A DNA stretch of 64,000 nt from Thecamonas trahens ATCC 50062 (lineage: Eukaryota; Protista; Apusomonadida): NCBI RefSeq assembly GCF_000142905.1, contig NW_013657673.1, forward strand, positions 310,001-374,000. The letters are read 5' to 3'. Below are positions 37,216 to 48,391 of this stretch, in pieces (position 1 is the first letter of the stretch; each line of letters starts with the position of its first letter). A program made the translations under genes and the position numbers. The notes below the pieces were generated by a model. The model saw only the letters and a list, made by a program, of their open reading frames with translations. It was not told where the DNA came from and searched no databases.

Positions 37216-39347
37216 CTACAGCTTGGACTGGAGCAGCCGCGGCGAGACAAGCGTGCGCCAGTACGGGGCAACGCCCGACGGCTCGTTCAGCGCATTGGTG
37301 GACGCGGCGCGGTAGTACTCGCGGTACACGTCGCCAGACTTGACACCGAGCGGAGCGCGTAGGAGTTCATCCGGGTAGTCAAACGCGTCGGTGAGTCCGA
37401 TGACCGACGGCCGGAGGCTGCTGGCGACAGACTCGACGGCGCGGCGTAGGCTGCTGATGGCGTCGGACGACTTTGCAGGCATGTTGGCCTCGATAAACCA
37501 CGTCGTGTGCTCGGAGGCGTAGCGGAGTGCAAAGAGCCGCGCGAGCGTGGTCAGGACCTGGATCAGGGCGTCGTCGACGCCCTCGGCCTCGCGGGCGGCC
37601 ACAAAGGCGGTAAACGACTCCATCATGTACGCGGTGCAATGCGCGGTAACAGCGTCGACCAGATCCATCAGACACGCATTCCACGCCTCGCCCTTGGACA
37701 TCCCGTCGACAATCATGGCCGAGTGGAGGCGGGTGGCAGCAGCTCCAATCTTTGCCACAGCAACTTGCTGAATGCCGACGAGCAGAGCGTCGAGACTGTG
37801 CGCCTCGGCCACCAGTGCGCCGAGCGAGTCAAAGCGTGGTAGCGACGCGTCGAGCAGGTACGCCACCGAGTCGCCCGGCGGGACGCGACGCGAACCACTG
37901 TGGCCAATGCCGTGCACCTGCGAGTAGATCTTGACCAGGTAGCGGGCCGTCTGCTGTGCAATGACGATGTTGTCACCGCCGCCGGTGGTGAGCACGCCAA
38001 AGTCCGTGATGAGACGGGACATACCCGAGTACGCGTGATATCCGTGCCCCCCATCGACCGACGGCAGGCCTCAAGGGCATCCGAAGCCCACCAGGTGCAG
38101 ACGGTCTTGAGCCCGCACGAGGTGGCGTGCATGTCGGCGAGCGGAGCTAGGAAGCCGAGGGTGTTTCCGGCTTGAAGGTCGGCGACCATGGCGTTGTAGC
38201 CGGCCTCGACCCGGGCGGTAGTACAAAAGACGGCGTAGCAGGTGGCGAGATGAGGAATGAGGCCGCAGATGTGCGACTGGTAGTCCATGATTTGCGGCTC
38301 GGGCGCCGACGGCGACGAGCCGACGTGGCCCGAGCCTTGGCGGCGGGCGACGCCGAACCGGATGGCGATTGTGAGTGCCTGTGAGGCATAGTCGGCCGCC
38401 GAGCCGACCGACGAGACCCGCTCAAGAATGGTAGAGCCGTAGGCTAGCGCCGGGTTGGGCGGCGGGATAAAAGAGCCGTCGCTCTCGACGCTCGCCCAGC
38501 GGGCGAGCATGTTGAATCGTGGGACGCGGACGGCGTCGAACGAGATGAACCCGTTGTCGTTTCCGTGGCGGCCAAACTTGGGTCCGATGTCGCCGATGGT
38601 GATGCCCGGTAGCGGCTTGCCGGTGGCAGCGTCACGGAGAGGGACAACAAACAGCTGGATGCCGGCGGCAGAGTTGGGCAAAAAGGTGTTGGCGAAGACG
38701 ATGGCGTGCGTGGCAATCTGTCCGGCCTGGCCAATCCACCACTTGGTGGCTGTGAGCGACGGGGACGAGATGACAAACTCGTCAGTATCGACGTCAAGCT
38801 CAGCGCGCGTCTCGGCACCGCGAAGGAACGATGAGTGGGCGAGCTCAGTCATGGCAAAGCAGCCGATGATGCGGTAGTCCTCGGCGCCAGGCAGCCACTT
38901 GGCCTGCTGCTCGGGCGTGCCCTGGTTCTTGAGCGTCCCAATCCACAAGCCATGCTGCACAAAGGCCCGGATGGCGACCGAAGGATCAAAGACCTCCAGC
39001 GCCCGCATCAGGTTCCGCCGCAGGCGCACCAGCTCGGCCTCGCCCGCCTCGCCCTCGCCCGCCTCTGCCCGCGCCGCCGACAGCATGTCCGCCAGCCGGA
39101 ACAGCTTGGCGGTCGATAGCGCACGCTCTTCCTTCAGCGGCATGGTAAACCTCTCGAGGCCGTCGTTGAGAACCGGATCGGCGGCAAACGCCCGCCACGC
39201 CGCTCGCCGCTCCGCCGTCGCCGCCGCCCCGCCGTCCAGCACGTGCGTCAGCGCCTCGACCGAGAACTCGGTTGCCGCCCGCTCCGTCTCCACGCTCTCC
39301 ACTGCCGCGTCTGCCAGCGGCGAGGGGAGGCTATCCAGCTTGCGCAT
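37216..39347 (-). CDS. Peroxisomal acyl-CoA oxidase; apparent 1-nt frameshift at ~38050
   Basis: GCFAMTELAHSS, ATKWWIG, GDIGPKFGRHGNDNG, AIRFGVARRQG, CRRSMGG/HGY across the shift, GGDNIV; C-terminal PTS1 SKL. Confidence 0.92.
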
Positions 39348-39641
39348 AGTGTACAGTGTAGAGAGAGAGAGAGAGTGTGTGTGTGTGTGGACGGTGCGAG
39401 AGTGAGGTGGCCGGGAGGGGGGAGGCAGCACTACTGACGAGAGGGGGGGGGGATGGGCATGAAGGACTAGCATCGAGCGATCGGGTGGGCATTGGACATG
39501 GGAGGAGGCTGACATGGGTTGTGCCTGAGATCGTACAGAGCACCACGTACCACACCACTCAGCCGGCTCGCAGATGTCCTGCGGCAGGTGGCTTGCGGTG
39601 ATGAGCCACTCGACTCGCGCCGGACTCAACCGCACCTGGCC

Positions 39642-39885
39642 ATGGACTCGTTCCTGCAGCGCATGCCGCCCGTGACGCGGTACATGCTTGTGGCCATCTT
39701 TGTCCTCACTCTTGGCGGTAACTTTGGTCTTATCCCTCCGCAGTACCTGCTCCTGGACCTGAAGCTCGTCTGGTCGCGCTTCCATGTACGTACTACCGCC
39801 CCAACTCGCCGACGACAAGGCGACCGCCTGGTGACCTCAGCGGGAAGGAACAGGCTCCCCTCCCCCCCCCAAGGTAGGGAGGGGA

Positions 39886-39918
<33 letters not shown>

Positions 39919-39953
39919 GAGGCAGATAGAAAGGCGGATGGGAGGGGGCGCGC

Positions 39954-39989
<36 letters not shown>

Positions 39990-40665
39990 CGGAACTCACA
40001 CGGAGCATATGTGGCGTATGTGGTGTGCCTGTGCCTGTGGTATCTGTGGCGTTGGCCGATGAGGGGAGTAGGTGTGGCGGCTGGTGACCTGCTTCTTCTT
40101 CATGGGCCGCCTCGGCTTCCCCTTCCTCATGAACACCATGTACTTTTACCGCTACTCGACCAATCTGGAGAACCAGAGCTTTGACGGCCGCCCGGCAGAC
40201 TACGTGTACATGCTCTTGGTGTGTGGCTCGGCGCTCATTGTCGCCGGCTGGGGCCTCGGCCTTCCAGTCCTCGGCATGGCCCTCATCATGTCCGTCATCT
40301 ACCTCTGGTCACAGCGGAACATGGGCATGGACGTCTCGTTCATGTTTGGCATCACCTTCAAGTCGCAGTACCTGCCGTGGGCGCTCTGCGCCCTTACTGT
40401 CCTGCTCGGCGGCTCGCCCATCGTCCAACTGCTCGGCATTGCCGCGGGCCACCTGTACTACTTTCTGCACGACCTCTATCCGCTCTCGCCGGGCGGCGTC
40501 CAGTACCTCAACACTCCGCAGTGGCTCACCAACCTCATCCCGCCCACTGGCGGCGCCGCCGTCAGCGGTGCCGCTCCCTTTGCACGCCCCGGCGCAGTTC
40601 CCCCGCCCGCTGGCGGCCCGCCCCGCGGCCACTCGTGGGGCTCGGGCCGCCGGCTGGCGGACTGA
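39642..40665 (+). CDS. Derlin (ERAD rhomboid pseudoprotease); exons 39642-39785 and 40072-40665
   Basis: MPPVTRY, FHVWRLVTCFFF after splicing, LENQSFDGRPADY, YLPW, GIAAGHLYYFL; C-terminal SHP-box-like HSWGSGRRL. Confidence 0.92.
39880..39988. repeat. Poly-G run and (GA)n microsatellite in the Derlin intron
   Basis: About 30-nt G homopolymer and about 15 GA units. Confidence 0.9.
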
Positions 40666-41038
40666 TGCGCTGCGAATCGGGCCGACTCATTCACGGATGC
40701 CGATGCCGTGCGCAGCCAAGCCGAGACTGCTGCCGCCTCGCGTAAGGCTGATCCACCTGCCGTCCCATGCGTGCGCGCCTTTGCAGCGCTGGTGTGGGCC
40801 GGCGCGGAGGACCCGCTCCATGACTCCACCGCGCGCCCAAGACAGGATCTCCATCTCCCTTGCACAGTACCCTGCCAGATTCCCATCTCTCGACGCCAAG
40901 CACCGTCGGCGAGGAGGTCCTGACAGGGTGCTGAACTCCGCGGTCGGGCGAGCACGTGTCGCCACCGGACAGTAATACTCAGGTCAGCGCCGGCACACAG
41001 TACAGCCAACACCCAACTCGACCCCGACAGAGACAACA

Positions 41039-41974
41039 ATGCTCTCGCGGATGGCTAGTGCCAGCCGTCTGGCCCGCCAGGGTGTGGCCCTTGCCTCCGT
41101 CGCGGCGCGTGTGAGCGGAGCTTGCGGCGCGGCTGACGCGTCGTGGCTCGCGCGGACTCTGGCCGGCTCGGCTTGTGTGCTGGGCGGGGCGGGACGGGTG
41201 ATGGCGGCATCGGCGGCACAGCAGCAGCCGGCGCACCTTCTCGCCCGCCTCTCGGCCGGTTTGGGAAGCAGAGCAGGCGGGGCGCGGAGCGCGATGGGCT
41301 CGGGCTCGGGTGGCTCGGGCGGACGCCGGGCGATGTCGACGACGACTTCGCCGGGCGCAGGCGGCGCGCCGCCACGCCGTGGGCCACAGGGCGGGCGGAG
41401 AACGTCTGCGGCCAACAGTAACACGCTGGCATGGCTGGGTGTCGTCCTCGTCGGAACCTTTGGCCTCTCATACGCGGCAGTCCCGCTGTATCGCATGTTC
41501 TGTCAGGTGACGGGCTACGGCGGAACAACCAAGCAGGCCGAGGCCGTCGACTACTCCAAGCTCACGCCGGTTGACGACCGCAAGCTGCGGATCCAGTTTG
41601 CGGCCGAGACTGCTGCCGGTATGCCGTGGAAGTTTGTGCCGACGCAGCGCGAGATCCGCATTGTGCCGGGCCAGACCGTCCTCGCCTGCTTTACCGCCAC
41701 CAACAACACCGACGAGCCCATGATCGGCATCGCCACCTACAACGTCACCCCGCAGAAGACCGGCAAGTACTTTCACAAGGTCCAGTGCTTCTGCTTTGAA
41801 GAGCAGCGGCTCAACCCGCGCGAGGAGGTCGACATGCCTGTCTTCTTCTACGTCGACCCGTCCATCGTCGACGATCCGCGCATGGACGACGTCAACCTCA
41901 TCACCCTCTCCTACACCTTTTTCAAATCGCGGGATCCGTTTGATGAAGACGACGACGACGACGACGACGAGTAG
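41039..41974 (+). CDS. COX11: Cytochrome c oxidase copper chaperone COX11
   Basis: Arg/Ala/Ser-rich presequence, TM helix, YAAVPLYRMFCQVTGYGG, KYFHKVQCFCFEEQRL and ITLSYTFF. Confidence 0.95.
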   Translation: MLSRMASASRLARQGVALASVAARVSGACGAADASWLARTLAGSACVLGGAGRVMAASAAQQQPAHLLARLSAGLGSRAGGARSAMGSGSGGSGGRRAMSTTTSPGAGGAPPRRGPQGGRRTSAANSNTLAWLGVVLVGTFGLSYAAVPLYRMFCQVTGYGGTTKQAEAVDYSKLTPVDDRKLRIQFAAETAAGMPWKFVPTQREIRIVPGQTVLACFTATNNTDEPMIGIATYNVTPQKTGKYFHKVQCFCFEEQRLNPREEVDMPVFFYVDPSIVDDPRMDDVNLITLSYTFFKSRDPFDEDDDDDDDE

Positions 41975-42281
41975 CTCAACAGCATTGATCAACATAATTG
42001 AATGTTTGTGCCATGGCCTTGGCCAAGGCTATCAATCGCGGCACGCAGCCGCCTCACTCGCTCTCCAATACCACCCTCGAGTGTCTCTCCCTTGCACTCC
42101 CCAAGCCCGATCTGCCTCTGGTCCGCCTCTGCTACGTGACGTTGTACCCCTGGAGCCCCCCCCCCCGCAGTCTCTGTGCCCAGACGGCCGAGGACCTCCT
42201 CCCTCCGCAGTGCTCGCCGCCCGACTTGACGCCACTCAACTCCACCCTCCCCTCCTTCCCCCTCCTCGCCCTCTGCTGCCC

Positions 42282-43856
42282 ATGGACGAGCTTGCCAGAC
42301 GATGCCTGTACCTCCTGGAACAGGACGACGACTCGGCGCGTGTGGCAGGGCTGCTTGTTCTTGCCCATACCATGGCCAAGGCCGACGCTGCCGACCCCTT
42401 GCACGAGAGCCTGCTGCTCGCCGCCGTCGACACCGTCGGCCTGCGCTTCATCGCCCGCATGCTCTGCCCCCCTCTCCGCCATGGATCTGCGCCAGAGCCG
42501 ATTGCGTCGGTCGCTGCCCTCATCCTTGCCAGACTTGCCGCTCTGGACGCCACCCCGGCGTGGGTCTTCCACCCGGTGCTCATCACCCGGCTCGTCGCAT
42601 GCCGCGCCGCTGCAGAGCCTTCGTCTGTTGATGGTGAGAGTGAGGCCGGCAATGTCACCGAAGATGGTGCTGATGCGGCACTGGCCGATGGTGGCGATGT
42701 CGCAGAGCTTGACGCTGCGCTCATGGCTCTGGCGACGCGGCCAGATGCTGCTCCGGCTGTCGCAGACGCGCTCGCCGGCTGGTTCGCTGAGAGCCAGCTG
42801 GCGCCGGCGTCGCGGCTTCGGGTACTCGAGCTGTGGGACGCGCTGGTGACGCTTCCTGTGCCGGGGCTGGAGGCTCGAGTGCTTGCCATGTGTGGCGCGC
42901 AGATGGCGGCTATGATGCGGTCGCGGCTCAACGCATCCATCCGCGCGAGACTGTACTCGTTCGGCCTGTGGATGCTGGGGAGCAGGACTGCGGTTGCAGC
43001 CGTGGCTGCCAAAAGCTGGCTTGTATTGGCCAAGGGTGTGTGTATTGATGTCCGCGTTGTTCTCGAGTCGGAGAACCTCGCTCGCGGATCGGCCGAGGTT
43101 GCTTCGCTGCCGCGGGCGCTGCTGATTGCCGAGGAGCTCATCCGGCTGCTGGTCAGTGACGACGACGGCGGCATCGGAGGCGAAGCGGCGTCGAAAATGA
43201 TCATGGTGCTGATGGAGTGCCTCTCGGCGGTCACCTACTACATCTCTGCGGTGGCTAACCAGGGCCAGGCTAACCACGACCTGATGTTCCCGGCCGTGCG
43301 GGTGTTGGGCGCATGGTGTGCTGAGGAGAACTCGCTGCTAACCGACCAGGTCCTCCCACTGCTGCCGACGCTCTTTGACCCGCGCCTGCGGCGGGCAGCC
43401 GCTGCGGCCCACGGCGGCATGGACTGGGTCGTCTTTCTGCTCCCGGGGCTGCGCGCCATGCTGGCAAACCCAGATGTTGCTGGCGCTGCGGCAGCCGAGC
43501 TGGTCGACGTCGGCGCGGTGAGCCACCTACTCGATTTGGTCACAGCATTGGGCGATGACGCCCCGGGCGCCCGCGACAATGCGTATCTCTTGCTGGCAGA
43601 GCTGCTGCTGGTGGGCAGCGAGGCGGGCGCCGCCGCCGCGCGACAACTCGCCGCCGCCGACCCCGGCACGAGAATTCACATGGCATGCACCGCCAGCCAG
43701 TCCAGTGCTGCTGCAACCGCCGCTGCCGTAGCTATGGCTGCTGCATGCCCAGCCGAAGAGCTCGAGCCTGGTGTGCTCGCCGCGGCGCGCACGCTCGCCC
43801 GTAGTGATCCGGAGCTGGCGCACGTGCTGGCTGCATGGAAGCGTGCTAGGCGGTAA
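42282..43856 (+). CDS. NCDN: Neurochondrin-like ARM-repeat protein
   Basis: N-terminal RCLYLL...RVAGLLVL...VGLRFIARML and internal AVRVLGAWCAEEN...LLPTL resemble the neurochondrin family. Confidence 0.7.
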   Translation: MDELARRCLYLLEQDDDSARVAGLLVLAHTMAKADAADPLHESLLLAAVDTVGLRFIARMLCPPLRHGSAPEPIASVAALILARLAALDATPAWVFHPVLITRLVACRAAAEPSSVDGESEAGNVTEDGADAALADGGDVAELDAALMALATRPDAAPAVADALAGWFAESQLAPASRLRVLELWDALVTLPVPGLEARVLAMCGAQMAAMMRSRLNASIRARLYSFGLWMLGSRTAVAAVAAKSWLVLAKGVCIDVRVVLESENLARGSAEVASLPRALLIAEELIRLLVSDDDGGIGGEAASKMIMVLMECLSAVTYYISAVANQGQANHDLMFPAVRVLGAWCAEENSLLTDQVLPLLPTLFDPRLRRAAAAAHGGMDWVVFLLPGLRAMLANPDVAGAAAAELVDVGAVSHLLDLVTALGDDAPGARDNAYLLLAELLLVGSEAGAAAARQLAAADPGTRIHMACTASQSSAAATAAAVAMAAACPAEELEPGVLAAARTLARSDPELAHVLAAWKRARR

Positions 43857-44468
43857 ACAAGACGAGTCTCTCTGTTGTGTACGACGCCAGCGGCGCCATC
43901 TCACCGGGCCGCTGCTGGCGCGAGCGGTGTCGGTGACGATGGCGGTGCCTGCGTGCCTTGACCTCGCCGGCAGCAACCGCAGTCCTGGCCCGCCACGCAG
44001 CGGTGCTCATCGCCAATCTCTTTCGCGCTGCGGCCGTCTCTTTGTCCTCTTTGATTGCAGGGCGGAGCAGGTCAGCCCTGGAACCGCTGCACCTGGGGCC
44101 TGGCTCCGCGACCGATGTCTGTGTCGATGTCGCGGCCGCGGCTGCGGCCCGTTGCTGCCCCCACTTCCAGCTTGCCGCTGGCGATTGGCCTTGGGCCGGA
44201 CCGATATCGGGAGCATTGACGAGGCCACAAAGCACTCTCCCCCGTCCGCGCTCACACGCCGCGCCTCACACGTCACCACCGCACCCTTGTCAGCCCGCCG
44301 CAGGCGATACTCTGGGCCGGTCACGCCGTCCACCCGCGCGCCGTCGCGGCGCCACTCATAGCGCACCGCCGCCGGCGCATAGTCGGTCTCCGGCCACACC
44401 GCCCGCAGACAAAAGCCCACTACACGCGGGCCAGTCAACTGCAGCACGCCTCGCACACGCCGTGGCAT
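43846..44468 (-). CDS. Small protein with an Ig-like beta-sandwich (AIR9 A9-like) domain; possible frameshift at ~44077
   Basis: LTGPRVVGFCLRA...YEWRRDGARVDGVTGPEYRLRRADKGAVVTCE matches a W..G....Y....D.G..l.C Ig-like pattern. The 3' end (44007 or 43846) is uncertain. Confidence 0.5.
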
Positions 44469-45214
44469 GGTGTGGGCAGTGAGGTGGCGGCGTGGCGGCG
44501 TGGCGGCATGGCGGCGTGGCGGCGTGGGCGCGTTGCCGTTGACTGCGGTTGCCTTCCATCGTTTGATGCTGTGTAGTCTCGTTTGTTATCGTATTGCCAT
44601 CCAGAGAGGCATAGACACGATCATGGGTACTGCTGGAGTCTCTCCTGTGGCCATGGTTGGGTGGAGCTAGGAGATCGACTTTGTAGACAATGATGGCATT
44701 GATCGCAAGAGGCCGACGCAAGCTTATGTCTCCCCCCTTGCCTGTCACTCGCCCGCTCCTTCTGTTGTTCAGCGGAGAGAGAGAGAAGGAGCAAGAGGAA
44801 GGAAGAGAGGATTGGCCAGCCGCAAAACCCTTGCTCACTCGCACTACCACTCGCTCTCCGGCGCATCCACCGCCACAGACTGGGCACGACACAGAGTAGG
44901 CACCCATACTCCGCCCCAAACACCTCGATCAACGCGCACCTTGCCCATCTCCCCGCTTTGTTCCTCTTCCTCCACCGATCGTCGACGCGTGCCGGGTCCG
45001 TGCCAACAGTCCCTCCCTCCTCCCCCCCCCCCCCCCCCCTCCCCCCCCTTCCTCCCACACCCCACCACACCCCACACCCCTCACACCCCACTCGCACACA
45101 GGGCCACAGTCTGCACGAGGAAACACGAGCAGGGAAGTAGGAGGCGTGCGAGTCGGGCAGGCATCTCACGACACTCGCAAGGAGACAGCAAGCTAGAGCG
45201 AGGGGTTGTACCAA

Positions 45215-46876
45215 ATGGCCTCGCAGGACGACGGCCCAGAGCAAGCCGGTGGACAGCTCGGTCAGGAGTCGCCGGTGGAGACCCAGGAGAGGGGCAAGCG
45301 AGAAATGGAAGGCGGGGAGAGTGCTAGTCCGGGAAAGAAGCTCCCACAGCCGGTGCTCTCGCAAGAGCCGACAGCGCCGCCGCGGCGTGGACCGTCGCCG
45401 CCTCCGTTTGGCATGCAGCCGGCGCGGAAGGAGTCGGGCCTGCTCCGGCTAGTGCCCGAGTCGAAGCGAATGCGGTCCAAGAAGCGACGGAACAGGATCA
45501 CATCACTACCGCCGGGCATGTCGCTGGATCTGGGTCTTTCGGGCATGCTCAACTCGTCGATTGACTCGGTCAACATCTTAGGTAGCCGCAAAGCCATCGA
45601 GCCGTCACTCGAGCTGGCCGAGTCGCGCCTTCTGACACCGCTCGAGTCGGCGCGGAAGGACGTGCGCGAGCTCAAGGTCAAGCTTGCAGATGCAGTGGCC
45701 AAAGCCTCGCTCGCCGAGTCCAAGGCTTACTACTATATGAGCAACGAAACGGCGCGCCTGGCCACTCTGGAGGAGGCCAAGGAGGCTGCTCGGCAGGCCC
45801 GCGTTCGCGAGCTACAGGCGATGGCAGCGGTGGCGACGGCGGAGAGTGAATCCGCTGCGCTCCGCGCGCGAATCGAGGAAGAGTCGCTGATGGAGACAGA
45901 CCCAGTCGTTGCGCTCCGCACCCAGCTCGGTCTCGTCACGGCGGCGTACAACGAGATGCGCGACGAGTTGCAGGCGACCAAGCGGTTTTACAAGCGAGAG
46001 CGCCAGTTGCTTCGCGAAGAAAAGGAGCTCACTAGCGAGCTCATGGCTGCCATCCGCACGCGCGACCCTTCGTACTCGCATCCGTTTGGAAACTCGCGGT
46101 CTCGGATCCGCGAGGTCGCTGGCACGAGCTCGACCGATGCCTCCAAGAAGGCCAAAAAGTCCAAGAAGCAGAAGAAAAAGGCCAAGAAGGCACTCGGCCG
46201 TGGCCGCATGCCGGTCGCTTTCCTCCCGCATCGCGCAGTCCGCGCCACGGATGGCGGCCTCGATCGCGCACCCCCGCCTGTCGCCGACGCTCACCCGCTG
46301 CCTCAGACTGACTCTAACGACAGCGGCGCCGACTCAAGCGACTCTGACTCGTCGTCATCGTCGGTCTACGGGCCAAGGGAGGAGCCGGCCATGGAACGGG
46401 TCCGTGCTCAGGCCGTGCCTGCCCTGGACCGCACCTCGTCGGCATCAGCACTCAACACATTCGCTCTCTCACCGCGCTCTGGCGACGACGATGACGATGA
46501 GGAGCTGGCAAGCTCACTTCCGGATGCTGCGTTGTCGCAAACCTCGCCGGCCATCACATTCTCGCTCACTGTTCCGGACGAAGACGCAGGCCCCGGCTCG
46601 AGCACAGACGACATTGCGCTCGTTATCCCCTCGCCGCCCGGTGCTGATGGCGATTTCGCAGCGTTTCCCACAGGGGCCATTCCGGCCGGGCACGTCGAGA
46701 GTCCCGAAAAGGGGAAGAGTATGGGGCAAGGTAAGGAGAAGGACAAGGGCAAGGACAAGGACAAGGCTAAGAAGAAGAAGAAAGCCAAGGCCAAGGACAA
46801 GGACAAAGCCAAGGCCAAGACCAAGCCGCGGCGGATGGCTCCGGTCCAGTTCCGCAAGGTCTCGCATCTCGACTGA
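45215..46876 (+). CDS. Hypothetical protein with a central coiled coil and Lys-rich C-terminus
   Basis: About 550-codon ORF with host-like codon usage; no recognised domain. Confidence 0.65.
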   Translation: MASQDDGPEQAGGQLGQESPVETQERGKREMEGGESASPGKKLPQPVLSQEPTAPPRRGPSPPPFGMQPARKESGLLRLVPESKRMRSKKRRNRITSLPPGMSLDLGLSGMLNSSIDSVNILGSRKAIEPSLELAESRLLTPLESARKDVRELKVKLADAVAKASLAESKAYYYMSNETARLATLEEAKEAARQARVRELQAMAAVATAESESAALRARIEEESLMETDPVVALRTQLGLVTAAYNEMRDELQATKRFYKRERQLLREEKELTSELMAAIRTRDPSYSHPFGNSRSRIREVAGTSSTDASKKAKKSKKQKKKAKKALGRGRMPVAFLPHRAVRATDGGLDRAPPPVADAHPLPQTDSNDSGADSSDSDSSSSSVYGPREEPAMERVRAQAVPALDRTSSASALNTFALSPRSGDDDDDEELASSLPDAALSQTSPAITFSLTVPDEDAGPGSSTDDIALVIPSPPGADGDFAAFPTGAIPAGHVESPEKGKSMGQGKEKDKGKDKDKAKKKKKAKAKDKDKAKAKTKPRRMAPVQFRKVSHLD

Positions 46877-47115
46877 TGGGGCTCTTCCATGCCTGTAAAG
46901 GACGACGATTCCTCTCCCCTCCTCCCTCCCTCCCCCCAAACGCTCTACTCTACTCTGCTCTGCCCTGCTCAATGCCTCTACTCCACGAATCGTTAGCAAC
47001 AACGAGCGATGTCCGACTGACCGTCCCATCACCCTCCCGCCGGTCACTCCCCCTGACACCCACCCCCGTCTATCTCTACCCACTCCTCTTCGTCCACACC
47101 CTTCTTGACCAAACC

Positions 47116-48066
47116 ATGTCGGACGAGGATGTGGCGTGTCGGTACCTGTTCCGGGGTATGTGCTGTGGCTGTGAGAGCATTGCGTGTGTTGAGGGCAGGA
47201 GGGGGGAGGGGGTGGGGGGGACAAGGTGTGCGTGCGTGCCGCGAGGCCGACGCGGTGTTCCACAACCCGAGACAAGGATGGGCAAGGCGTGGTACAGGCC
47301 GAGGTTGTGACGAGATGAAGAAATGGAGCGGGAGGAAGACTCACCACTGAGGAGATGTGCTTTGGCTTGGTTTTGTCTCTTGGGGGTGGGTCGGAGGGGG
47401 GGGGGGGGGGGGGGGCCCGTGGCAGTGGTCATTGTGGGTGACTCGGGCGTGGGCAAGTCGAACTTGCTGACCAGGTTCACCTCTGCGGCATTCTCGCATG
47501 ACACAAAGTCGACCATCGGTGTCGACTTCTCAGACAAGACGCTGACGGTGCAGGGCGAAAAGGTCAAGGCACAGATCTGGGACACCGCCGGGCAGGAGCG
47601 CTACCGCGGCATCACGCAACACTACTATCGCGGCGCCACCGGCGCGCTTGTGGTCTACGACATCTCGTCTGCAGACTCGTTTGACAACGCCGAGTTCTGG
47701 CTTAAGGAGGTCCGCAAGCACTCGTCACAGGAGATTGTCATTCTCCTGGTCGGCAACAAGTCGGATCTCGAGGAGCGCCGCGAGGTCGAGACCGCTGAAG
47801 CCCAGGCCTTTGCCGAGGAGCACCAGGTCTCGTTCCTCGAGACCTCGGCCCTCGACAACAACAACGTTTCGGAGGCCTTTACCATGTGCATCGAGGAGAT
47901 CTACCGACGAAAGGTTGCCGCCGGCGCCTCGTCGTCAGACTCGGACGATGACGACGACACCCCTGCACCTGCAAAATCCAAGCTCGAGCCGTCGCAGACC
48001 ATCAAGGTCACCTCTACCGCACCCGACGAGCAGGCCCAAGCTCAGGAGAAGCAGTGCAAGTGCTGA
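47116..48066 (+). CDS. Rab11-like small GTPase (divergent); exons 47116-47155 and 47426-48066
   Basis: [19 protein letters not shown] after splicing, [38 protein letters not shown]; CxC prenylation end (CKC). Confidence 0.9.
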
Positions 48067-48391
48067 TCGCTGCCGTACTAGGCTTGTGTGCAGCAATGAA
48101 GTCAAACAAGGGCCGTCGGGGAAAACTACCGCAGTCTTCTCCTCCCCGATTTCAGTTCCCATGCCACGCAGTGTGGATAGAGCGGGTTGGAGCAAGGTGG
48201 CGCCGCGCCCAAACGAGGTCAAAGCCGGGACCACTCCGACCGGAAACCACGGGTCGGGAGCTGCCGGCAAGGCCGGGGCGGAGCCAGGGGCATGTGATCT
48301 CACACCATCCTCAGAAGCATACTTATCTTCCACTCACCTGCCCGTGGACCGACTCGCTTCCTCTCTTTCACTCTGGGCTGTACACTGACCC